A stretch of DNA of 64,000 bases, taken from the NCBI GenBank assembly GCA_000002445.1, contig CP000066.1:1376001-1440000 (forward strand), in the 5' to 3' direction. The notes under the pieces were generated by a model. The model saw only the letters and a list, made by a program, of their open reading frames with translations. It had not been told where the DNA came from and did no database searches. Origin of the DNA: Trypanosoma brucei (lineage: Eukaryota). Shown one piece after another: positions 49,966-59,683 of this stretch. A program made the translations under genes and the position numbers. Numbering within the stretch: position 1 is the first letter of the stretch; each line of letters opens with the position of its first letter.

Positions 49966-52900
49966 GCATCTCTGACGCTCATTTCTCCCTTTTGAATTGT
50001 GGAGCGAGGGAGATGGTTGCGGCGATGTGCAAACGGTGAATGCACAAGAGAGAAAAAAGCGAAAAAATAATAATAATTCTAAAGTGTCTGTAGACATGAC
50101 TAAGGAGAGAAAACCTCTCCCTCTACATTTCACCTTATTGTATTCCATTTTATTTCTTTACTTAACAAAAAAAGAAAATAACTGTAAGTGACTTAACTAT
50201 ATTCCCTTCCCTTTAAACCTGTTTTCATCCCCTTTCATTCCCTTTCCTTATTTTTCTCGTTATTTTTAAAAAAAAAGCTGTGTGTGCTGCTGGGTGTGTT
50301 TTTATACATTAATTTATTTTCATGTTGCAATATTTCCTCCCTCTCATCTCTTTTCTGCATTCCACGGATTCACGTGCGTTGGGGTAATGAAAGAAGAAAA
50401 TCTCAATTTCTGATGGTGGAGTCAAATCCTCCACTTTTTTATGTTTTATGGTATGTTTTATGGTATGTTTTATTGTTTTTTTTAATTGTTTTATTATTTA
50501 TTATTTTTTTTCCCCCATTTCAAAATTCGTTCGACCCACATTTGTGTTGATGCTTCGTTTCATTGAACCCTTTTCTCCCTACTCTCACTCTCACTCTCAC
50601 ACGCACACGCACACGCACATGCACGATTATACGAAAATATGTGAAAGTTATATATTTATTTATGAATGTGCTTATTTTTTGGTTAATGCAACTTCTCAAC
50701 CCCCCTTTTCCCCGTTATTATTTCACATGTACCGTTTTTTAAGCGATGCGACGCACTTACACTCTCTGCATGATGAAACGGAGTTTCGCGACACCCCATT
50801 TTAAAATTTTTATTGTTTATCTTTTTTCTTTTTTTTGCTCCTATAAATGTAGTTTTTACACAATATCACATAATATAATTTAATATGACTTCACATTATT
50901 TAATACAATCTCATTATTTTTCTTTTTTTTTTTGTGTGTGTGTGTATGTGCGGTTAAACGACCCTCTATGAGGCAGTTGCTTGTTGTCAATATCGTTATT
51001 TGTATTTTAAAACGAAAACAATAAGGGAACTGCAAAGGAACAGACAAAAAGGAAAAAAATAAAATAAACAACAAGAGGACACTCACAGAATAAACCGAAT
51101 AAAATCCAGCATTCAATAATAAAACAATGACAACATCAACAGAAAACAGAACACAGAAGGAAACACGAACAGAAAATAGGAGGAAAACAGAACCCGTTGA
51201 CAAAAAATAAAAACAGAAGAAAAAAAACACAGAGAGAAAAAGAATTAGTCAATATACCTCAGTATAAAATGAAATATTAACGGAAAGAATATGTTATGAT
51301 TTTGCCCGTTTGTTCTTTCTTCGATGCCGTTGCAATAATGGTAAAAATGATAATAATAATAATTAAAAAAAACGTTTTCCCCTCCGATATTTTTATTTTA
51401 TATCCTTCCTCTTTTTTTTTTTTGCTTTGCATTTTGGTTTGCACATAACTTTGTGCAGTTCACGTTCACACGATGGCGCTGCTGCTCACAGGCACTCAAC
51501 GCATCCACTTCAAGAAGTGAGAAGATAAAAAAAGAAAATAAAAATGAAGCTATCAAATCTGCTCCACCCATACAATCCACGACTATTCTTACATACTTAC
51601 ATTTTTTTCTTTTAAATAAATAAATAAATATATATATATATATTCTTTTCTTGTTGTTGTTTTTGTTCACATAAATATCAAATAACAAATAATAAATACA
51701 TTCGTTTTACTATTTATCCAATCACTTCCGATTTTCACAAATGACTTTGTTTCGCTTCGATACCCTTCAAAACACCGCTGCGTGGGACGGATTCAAAAGA
51801 ATAACTTGCAGACGACTAGCGGCAATGGGAGGAGGAAAAAAAAAAGACAAAAAGAACTGACGCACACGAGTTAGAAGTTGATAACTGTTGTGAGAAGGAA
51901 GAAGAAGAAGCAAAGGGGCGGAAAAAAAAAAGGAGACAAACAGAGCAACAACAACAACAACAGCTAATTTTCTCATTATTATTATTATTGCTATTATCAC
52001 TATTGTTATTTTTGTTTTGCCGGTCACTAGAAGAATATACACCCGTATTGAAATAAATAAAATAAGTAAATTTTAATTTGTTTTGTAACTATTATTTCCC
52101 ATATTTTAAGCGACCAAATATTTACATCAAGGCAGAACACTTTGGATGATATGATCTCCAAAAGAAGGAAGATAATGCAATTGTATATGTATATGCATAT
52201 GTATGAGTGTGTGGGTTTTATAAAAGAAAGCACGTGACACAATTAATGGCAGAAAAGAGGGAGAAAATGCATAAAACGAAAGTCGCTCCAATGAACAATA
52301 ATGAAATATAGGACACAAAATATTAAAGATGGGGGATCAAATCGAAGGGCAGAGGGGCGGGGAGGGAGGGCGGAGGAAAGAAAAAAAAAAGATAATAGCC
52401 TGATAAAAAGAAAATACGAATATATATATATATATATAACTATTTATATTTTATATGTTTTTTTTTCTTTTTATAACGTTATCGCGTGATGACATGAATT
52501 ATTGGGAGGGTGTGGGTTTTTATCGTTTCCTTATTTTCTTTTAATTTCAGAAAAAAGAAGTTGTTTTTGTTTTTTTATTTTTTAATTTTACTTTTTAAAT
52601 TATCAGGTATGTTCTCATTACCTCTCCTGCGATGTGACTACACGCCTTTATGTTTCACTGAATCCAAATTCTTTCGTGTCTTTACTTCCATTTTTTTTTC
52701 TCTTATCCCCCCATATATTTACTTTAATTTTTATTATTTATCGGAACATGACTTAAGCGATTACCTGACTTGGATATCAGTCAACTAAGCACGCACACAC
52801 ACACACACACACATAATCAAGTGAATTAGAAAGAAGAACAAAAAAAATCAAAGAAAGCAAATTTAAGGATACGATAAGGGCAGATCAAAGTGAAGAAGAA

Positions 52901-53043
52901 AAAAAACAACAATAACAACAACAATAATAATAATAACAGCAAAAAAATAAAAATAAAAAGGAAAGAGTATAAATTATTCACTCAAATTGCCCACTGTTTT
53001 TTTTTAATTTTGCTTACTTGTTACTACTTGAACGCAATCACAT
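49966..53043. other. 3 kb AT-rich low-complexity spacer with alternating strand composition
   Basis: About 50200-50900 is T/pyrimidine-rich on the + strand, 51000-52400 is A/purine-rich (long runs such as aaaacagaacacagaaggaaacacgaacagaaaatagg), and 52400-53000 is T-rich again. It contains (CA)n at 52791-52814, (TA)n at 51633-51646 and 52424-52440, and (cactct)n/(cacg)n at 50581-50625. No ORF longer than 120 aa. Confidence 0.7.
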
Positions 53044-53640
53044 ATGCCCTCCGCTGAAACACTACTGAAGGATTTGTTCGGTTCTCATACCGTTGAGTTG
53101 CTTCGGCAGGATGGCAAAATGGTACCCGCAACAACTGCTCTTGAAGGTAAGAAATATTTGCTTGTATATTTCTCCGCCTCATGGTGCCCTCCGTGTCGTG
53201 TTTTCACACCACAACTCGCCACATTTCATGAGCTTTTCAGCGCAAAACACAATTTTGATGTGATATTTGTTTCACGAGACAAGGATGAGTCCTCCATGTC
53301 TGCTTATTTCTACAATCCAAAGTACAGCAGTTTATCCGTAAGTGGTGGCGAATGTTCTCATGGGGACTGGCTTGCATTGCCCTTCACACAAGCGCAGACT
53401 GTAGGAAAGGAAATAATGAGCCGATATGGTTTAAACACGATTCCTAATATTCTTTTGTTTGACCTCAGCACGGAGGAGTTGGTGACAAGTGAGGCACGTC
53501 AATTGATTGGATCCAACTGCCGGTCGGCTGAAGGTTTCCCGTGGCGTGGCGCCTCGGCTCCGGTAATTTCGTTTCAAGGATTGGCAACTGTATTTGTTGT
53601 GTTTTTGATGTTGTATCAATTTTGGCAGTCGTGGAGTTGA
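53044..53640 (+). CDS. Tryparedoxin-like thiol-disulfide oxidoreductase with a C-terminal hydrophobic membrane anchor
   Basis: Tryparedoxin signature YFSASWCPPCRVFTPQL (WCPPCR active site) in a thioredoxin-fold-sized protein. C-terminal hydrophobic GLATVFVVFLMLYQFW immediately before the stop, i.e. tail-anchor-like. Confidence 0.8.
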   Translation: MPSAETLLKDLFGSHTVELLRQDGKMVPATTALEGKKYLLVYFSASWCPPCRVFTPQLATFHELFSAKHNFDVIFVSRDKDESSMSAYFYNPKYSSLSVSGGECSHGDWLALPFTQAQTVGKEIMSRYGLNTIPNILLFDLSTEELVTSEARQLIGSNCRSAEGFPWRGASAPVISFQGLATVFVVFLMLYQFWQSWS

Positions 53641-54250
53641 GTGAACTGCCTAATTGGGGTAATAAACTGATTTTATTTCCTCTTGCCCATATTTGTGTGG
53701 TATCCCTTTAGTAGTTATGCGCGTGGGAAATCAGCATGAATGGTTGAAAGGGAATTGTGTGGGGATTTTTTTTTGGGGGGAGGGGGAGATGACCAGTGAT
53801 TACGCTGGAAGTATTTTTTTAAAATTTTCTTTTCTGCTATTTCGTGTGTGTGTGTGGGCGGGCACATTGTTATTTGTGTTTGATATAAGTCAAAGGAATA
53901 ATGAATGAATGAATGGGATGCGTGAGAGCTAATTGTGTATTGTGGTGTGTTCTACTCTGTTTTATTTTTGTCTTCGTATCTTCATCCATCGTATTTGCCA
54001 TTGGGTCTGTTCTCCTTCCCATCATTACTCGTACTGTCTTTGAAGACTTGCGCCCCTTATCTTGAACTTTAAATCTTTTTTCTTTGTTGCTGTCATCACC
54101 TTGCGTGCGATGTTCGTGCAGGAAGCGCCGTGAAAAGCAACAACAACAACACCAGTAAACTTCAGCGAGAGGGAGGCAGGGATATGTGCATGAGCGATGT
54201 GTGAGTGTGAAAAAGTGTAGGGCGGGTTGCAGTCACAACATTGTTGTTTA

Positions 54251-54395
54251 AATCTCCTTTCAGTATATGTCTTACTTCTTCTTTTCCAACTCTGCTGAAG
54301 CTCCTTTTGTTTGTTGCTTTTGCATTTGAATTTCATTCGTAACCCCTTCTTTTTTGCGTCATTATTGCTCATCCTTTCTTTCCTTCTTTTTACCA
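54251..54395 (+). promoter_or_regulatory. Extended CT-rich tract upstream of the XPB gene; candidate splice-acceptor region
   Basis: ctcctttcagtatatgtcttacttcttcttttccaactctgctgaagctccttttgtttgttgcttttgc...ctttctttccttctttttacc, 200-350 nt upstream of the ATG at 54606. A further tract ctttctttctttcttatttttttttttttg lies at 54508-54538. Confidence 0.4.
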
Positions 54396-54605
54396 TAACT
54401 TGGGTAAAAGAGGTTGCAGAGTTGTTCTCCCTTCCTTGCTCCTCTTTCGAACACCTGTCGAGAATAAGGGAAAGGGAAAAAAAAGAGAAAGAGTGTGTGC
54501 CTACCTCTCTTTCTTTCTTTCTTATTTTTTTTTTTTTGCGTGGGCAACTCATTTCGTTGGGTTGGAACTACTCACACGCTTTCTCAATAAACACACAGTC
54601 ATTGG

Positions 54606-57425
54606 GTGATGATTCTTGGCCCTGGTGGGCGCATTTTCATCAACCATGGTCATCCAGCGTATCCGCATCTCATGGACTTTCTTACTGCCTGCTGTGAGCC
54701 AGTCTGCCGGACTCTGTACGTGAGTGAATATACCATTTCACCTTCGTCCCTCTCGGCTGCCACTGCGGAAGGGACGTATTCCATGGAAATGGTACGGAAC
54801 GTCATTCGTTACTTTCGGCTGGATGAGCAGCAGCAAATTCCAGTGGATGTAGAGCGATATGCGGCATTGGAGCGGAGGGTGCGCGACAGCGTTCAAGATA
54901 CTTCATTGGATTTGCCGATGGAGGTGGGAGAAGCGAAAGTCAGCGCCAATGGCGACGTGAAAGCGGAAGAGGGGTGCGAAGAAGCGACGGATGAATTGAG
55001 CCCGTTGGCGGGGCAGGTGAAAAAGGAAGAGACGAAGGAAGTTGCGGCGGAGCCTCGGCGTCGGTTCCTCTCACTTAGTAAAAGAATTTCGGCAAAATCA
55101 GAGCCTTTAGTGACTCGGGCAGTGGTTAACACCGGCGCTCTCCAACCCCTTCCAGCCGATCTCGAGCAGATGTTGCGAGAAGAGGAGAACTCATCGAGGG
55201 TTCGAATTGTGTTGCAGCCTTGTCTGCGACCTGTTAAACGACGTGCTGTCGGTGGGGACAAACAGCACTCGGATGAACAGCAATGTCAGCGTGCAGAGGA
55301 AACCAAATTAGCATACTTTTTGACGAGTCCCGATCGCAATCACATGGAGCATCTGGTGAGTCGTCTTCAGGACTTTCTCGTTCCCGTACTTTTGCACGGT
55401 ACACGCCGCTGGGTTGTATCGGATGTGGATCGTGGAGTGGAGGAGAGAAGCACCGCTGAAAGTGGTCGGGCAAAGACACTTCGGAGGCTGTTCGAGGCAC
55501 CATCATCGGCATCGGGTCGGTCAGTTGCTTCTAAATCTTTAACGAATGAGGGAGCTAACGGTGACGGCCTTGGAGGTGGCGTGGGAAGGAGATGTACTCG
55601 CATTGTCTACAAGAGTCAGGTGATGGACGGAAAGATGCGTAATGTGCGCGAACGACTTTACAAGGAGCTCAGTGTTCGCGCTGACTTGTTTTATGATTAT
55701 GTTCAGGATCACTCGCTTCATGTATGTGACCTTGAGCTTTCCGAGAATGTCCGACTGCGACCATATCAGGTTGCATCGCTGGAACGCTTTAGAAGTGGTA
55801 ACAAAGCTCACCAGGGTGTCATTGTTTTGCCCTGTGGTGCTGGAAAAACCCTTACTGGCATTGGTGCAGCAGCCACTGTTAAGAAGCGGACCATAGTGAT
55901 GTGCATTAACGTTATGTCAGTTTTGCAGTGGCAGCGCGAGTTTATTCGCTGGACGAACTTATCAGAAGACCAGGTGACGGTGTGTATAGCGGATAAGAAG
56001 CAAATGCCTGGCGATGTTTTTATAACGACGTATAGTATGCTTATTGCGCGGCGTTCTAACGTTCCTGAGATGGAACAGAGTGCGGATGCCAAATTGACCG
56101 CAAAGATACTTGCCAGTGTTGGGGAGCAACCATGGGGTTTACTTCTCTTGGATGAAGTACACACGGCTCTCGCTCACAACTTTCAGGAGGTGCTTAACAA
56201 GGTGAAGTACAAATGCGTAATTGGGTTGAGTGCTACGCTGCTGCGAGAGGACGACAAAATCGGCGACTTGCGCCATCTTGTAGGGCCGAAGCTGTACGAA
56301 GCGAACTGGTTGGATCTTACAAGGGCGGGTTTCCTTGCTCGAGTGGAGTGCGCAGAGATTCAGTGCCCGCTGCCAAAGGCCTTTCTGACGGAGTACTTGG
56401 AGAGCCAGTCGGATGGGGACCCTTTTGCTCGCCGTGGTACAACGCGGATGGCGCACTCAGTGGTTTGTTTAAATCCGTATAAGTTATGGTGCACCCAGGC
56501 GTTGCTAGAGTTCCATCGTAACAGATCGCCACCTGATAAGGTCATTATTTTCTGTGACCAAATAGATGGAATTCAGTACTACGCCCAGCACCTGCACGTA
56601 CCGTTCATGGATGGCAAGACGAGTGACATGGAGCGGGAAAATCTTCTTCAGTACTTTCAGCACTCCGACAACATAAACGCCATCATCCTCTCCCGTGTGG
56701 GTGATGTTGCTCTCGATATCCCATGTGCTTCTGTTGTCATTCAAATTTCAGGTCTGGGAGCTTCGCGGCGTCAGGAGGCACAAAGGCTAGGTCGGATTCT
56801 GAGGCCAAAACCCGCTTCCTTGGATAACGTCTGTTCATACTTCTACACCCTTGTGTCGCAGGACACACACGAAATTTCACAGAGTTATGAGCGGCAGAGC
56901 TGGTTACGTGACCAGGGATTTTCTTATCGTGTACTGCAGTCGGACATGGTCCTTCAGCACTTTTTGCGGACGGGTGGAAAACTTTGTTGTGTTGGGCCGC
57001 CGCGTTGGTGGTACGAGTGTGCGGGCCCGTCGTGTGATAGTGCCGTTGCGGCAAAGGGGACTTACTGGATACCCTTTTCTCAGGAGGCTGCGCTTCGCAT
57101 GCAAAGCCGATTTGTTGCTGGTGTGAGGGGATGCGATTTGACAGCTACCGTACTTCGTGACACGCCGCGGCCGCCGGAGCTGAAAAACATGGGTGTGGAA
57201 GAGAAGTGGACCGTATGCTTCAGTGATTCTTGTGCTCCGGAAACATTCGGTACAGTTCAGTTGGTGGAGGGCAATCCGCTGCTGGTGCGCCGTATCTGTT
57301 GTGGACCGCTTGCTGTCGAGCATGATTGCCTTCACGGGGGAGAGGAGTGTCTGCAGTACGCCGTGCAGCAGATGAAGGTTATGGTGGCGAAGAATTCTAA
57401 AAACCGAATTCCGCTGACTACCTAG
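54606..57425 (+). CDS. XPB: XPB/ERCC3-family DNA helicase (TFIIH/NER type) with an acidic internal insertion and a Cys-rich C-terminal extension
   Basis: N-terminus GRIFINHGHPAYPHLMDFLTACCEPVCRTLYVSEYTISPSSLSAA aligns with human XPB [45 protein letters not shown]. Walker A VLPCGAGKT, DEVH box LLLDEVHT, and helicase C-terminal motifs (QEAQRLGRILR, LVSQDTHE). Residues about 770-939 form an extra Cys-rich tail. Confidence 0.9.
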   Translation: MMILGPGGRIFINHGHPAYPHLMDFLTACCEPVCRTLYVSEYTISPSSLSAATAEGTYSMEMVRNVIRYFRLDEQQQIPVDVERYAALERRVRDSVQDTSLDLPMEVGEAKVSANGDVKAEEGCEEATDELSPLAGQVKKEETKEVAAEPRRRFLSLSKRISAKSEPLVTRAVVNTGALQPLPADLEQMLREEENSSRVRIVLQPCLRPVKRRAVGGDKQHSDEQQCQRAEETKLAYFLTSPDRNHMEHLVSRLQDFLVPVLLHGTRRWVVSDVDRGVEERSTAESGRAKTLRRLFEAPSSASGRSVASKSLTNEGANGDGLGGGVGRRCTRIVYKSQVMDGKMRNVRERLYKELSVRADLFYDYVQDHSLHVCDLELSENVRLRPYQVASLERFRSGNKAHQGVIVLPCGAGKTLTGIGAAATVKKRTIVMCINVMSVLQWQREFIRWTNLSEDQVTVCIADKKQMPGDVFITTYSMLIARRSNVPEMEQSADAKLTAKILASVGEQPWGLLLLDEVHTALAHNFQEVLNKVKYKCVIGLSATLLREDDKIGDLRHLVGPKLYEANWLDLTRAGFLARVECAEIQCPLPKAFLTEYLESQSDGDPFARRGTTRMAHSVVCLNPYKLWCTQALLEFHRNRSPPDKVIIFCDQIDGIQYYAQHLHVPFMDGKTSDMERENLLQYFQHSDNINAIILSRVGDVALDIPCASVVIQISGLGASRRQEAQRLGRILRPKPASLDNVCSYFYTLVSQDTHEISQSYERQSWLRDQGFSYRVLQSDMVLQHFLRTGGKLCCVGPPRWWYECAGPSCDSAVAAKGTYWIPFSQEAALRMQSRFVAGVRGCDLTATVLRDTPRPPELKNMGVEEKWTVCFSDSCAPETFGTVQLVEGNPLLVRRICCGPLAVEHDCLHGGEECLQYAVQQMKVMVAKNSKNRIPLTT

Positions 57426-57834
57426 TCGCAGGTATTAGAATGTTTTGTTTTGGTGCGCTTGTGTGCGCGAAGGAATTCATGACACATGGGTGGAGTGCAT
57501 TGAATTACTTCGTTCCCGGCACAAACGCAGTGTCACCGTTCAACTACTGCAGTCTTTATTCTTTCTCAACAGTTTTCTGCGGCTCCGGTACGTTACGACG
57601 TTACGCTTCGTGGATTGCTGCTACGTGCACCACTCCTTCTCTCCCAAGCTTGTCGTTTTTCTTCTTTTTAGTTTCTTAAAGGGATACCTCTCCTTGTTTT
57701 TACTTATTTTCCCATCTTTTCAATGTCGCTTTTCCCCCTTCTTGTTTCTCTTGTTAAAGTTTCTAACACTTGTTGAGTATTCGTGCCTCTTTGTGCAACG
57801 AGGATCGGAAATCGAGGTCACAATATTTAGCAAC

Positions 57835-59292
57835 ATGTCGATACAAGGGGACCCAAAGCACAAGCAGGCAAGGCGTAGAGTGGCCGCCGAAATCGGCCGC
57901 ATCAGGCGTGAAATGGAAGATATGGCTGATGAGGCTCAAACTGGACATTCCCTCGGCCAACTGCTCCGCCGCCGTGTGGAGCTTCAGCATCGCATCCAGC
58001 AACTTCGCGACGAGGAGGAAAGGCTGCGACGTGAGTCGTTTATAAATATGCTCATGGAGCGGCGTCGGTCGGATAAAGAAAGACGGTCGCGGTCACCTCT
58101 GCATCATTCAGTGAAGCGTGAGACACCGAGTCCAACCATACCGGAGGAGGAGGAAAGCAAGGATGTTGGATCTGCGGCAGAAGTTGTGGAGGCTGTGGTT
58201 GACAAAAGATGCGAGAGCCCCCCAGTAGCTGAGGTTCACATGAAGCCTGCTCGCGTTTCGGTGTGTGCCACAGACACATCCGAGAGTGAAAGTACCCCCG
58301 AAAGGAAAAGCGAGAGCGCGAAGATAGAAAGTATAGTGGTGACCCCTCCACGACCCATAACAAAACCAACTACGGTAGCCGAATCAGAGGTAAGTAAACC
58401 AGAGGAGGCTTCTTTTATTGCAGCGGGGTTGGATAAGGCCCTACTTCAGATGATTCAGTCATCAGAGAGGCGAGTCACTGCGGTGGAGGCGCAAGCAGAG
58501 GCGGCCAGACGCGCAAAGGACGCGAAACTAAGGGAGACTAACCTTCTTCGCGAGCAGTCAAAGCGCCGGTTTGAGCTTGTTGACGATATGTATACAAAAG
58601 CAATAGAGCGTCGAATGCGCGCAATGAGGCGAATCGCCGCCGACCCACCAGCCGATCGTCTCATTGGACAGAACGCGGCGCAGCACGTTCCCCTAAGCAT
58701 GCTCACGAAGGAAACCCGGAAGTTGGGAATGTGTCTTATGCCGGGGGCACAGAAAAGCCAGAATGCCAAAGGAGGGACTGGCGTTAGCGGCCTTTTGGAG
58801 ATGCACCGCAGTAACTTCTTCTTAACTGGGGTTGATGCTAGCAGGAGCGGTGTCTTTATAAAGGGACACCCCGAGAATTCGGTAGAGGCGGAGATAAATG
58901 AGCATCTCCATGGACAATCTGAAGAAACACCGTCAGACGGCAGGGGCGGGAGGTTACTACGACCCTCTGGTGCTGAAGATTTGGAAAGGGAGGCGCATGA
59001 AGAGCTGCTTCGTCAATGGCGGGAGTTGGGTTACACCGCTGTGTACCTCCCCGCATCCCGGCGTCTGGCCTTTCCATTTAGTGAAGGCCGTGAAGGCACC
59101 AGAAGGCGTCGTGATCCCTACGCATGGATGCACTTGGATCCGCTGCCAGTTGTGCATTTAATACAGCGGCGACTCCCAGAGCAGCCATTAACTCGGCCTG
59201 TAGTGGGACTACCGGCGTCAGCACGTGCCGGTTGTCCAACTGTTAGAGGCGCCAGTAAAAATGTGGGGCAATCAAAGGCGCGTGTGAGGTAA
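57835..59292 (+). CDS. Hypothetical charged/coiled-coil protein (about 485 aa); start moved to MSIQGDPKHK
   Basis: The ORF track begins at 57445, but the first 130 codons are a translated pyrimidine tract (LFFLNSFLRLRYVTTLRF...FLFLLLKF). Protein-like sequence begins at the ATG at 57835. Contains RRRVELQHRIQQLRDEEERLRRE and other charged helices. Confidence 0.5.
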   Translation: MSIQGDPKHKQARRRVAAEIGRIRREMEDMADEAQTGHSLGQLLRRRVELQHRIQQLRDEEERLRRESFINMLMERRRSDKERRSRSPLHHSVKRETPSPTIPEEEESKDVGSAAEVVEAVVDKRCESPPVAEVHMKPARVSVCATDTSESESTPERKSESAKIESIVVTPPRPITKPTTVAESEVSKPEEASFIAAGLDKALLQMIQSSERRVTAVEAQAEAARRAKDAKLRETNLLREQSKRRFELVDDMYTKAIERRMRAMRRIAADPPADRLIGQNAAQHVPLSMLTKETRKLGMCLMPGAQKSQNAKGGTGVSGLLEMHRSNFFLTGVDASRSGVFIKGHPENSVEAEINEHLHGQSEETPSDGRGGRLLRPSGAEDLEREAHEELLRQWRELGYTAVYLPASRRLAFPFSEGREGTRRRRDPYAWMHLDPLPVVHLIQRRLPEQPLTRPVVGLPASARAGCPTVRGASKNVGQSKARVR

Positions 59293-59510
59293 AATTTTGA
59301 GTAGATAGCAGAAGGTTGGTTGTGGGGGATCAACAGTGCATTGTTTGTATATATTTCAGCATTTCTTTTCCCTGTTACTATGTCTGTATCGAAAACCATG
59401 GTTGTATATTGATCTATTTGCGGCGTTTGGAATTGTTCGAAATGTTTTTACCCGTCACATGAACTGTATTAACAGTAATTTCCATTATTCCTCTCAGTTC
59501 ACAACTTTCG

Positions 59511-59536
59511 TATATATATATATATATATATATATT
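59511..59536. repeat. (TA)13 microsatellite
   Basis: Perfect TA run in the spacer. Confidence 0.9.
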
Positions 59537-59683
59537 CTTTTTTGTAGCCCTCTCAGTGTTTTCTAACTGTTGCTATGTCCGATCTCTCTTTCGTCTTGTG
59601 TTGTTGTTGCTGTTTTTCCACTTCGTTTTCACGCTCTGTTTGTCTTCCAAAATTTCCTTGCGTACGGTCCCCTTGAAGGAATC

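Noticed and set aside
54025-54552. 175-aa minus-strand ORF and the small + strand ORFs at 54311-54697 upstream of XPB
   Set aside because: They are translations of the CT-rich/(AG)-rich acceptor region (Lys/Glu/Arg or Phe/Leu low complexity). Not genes.
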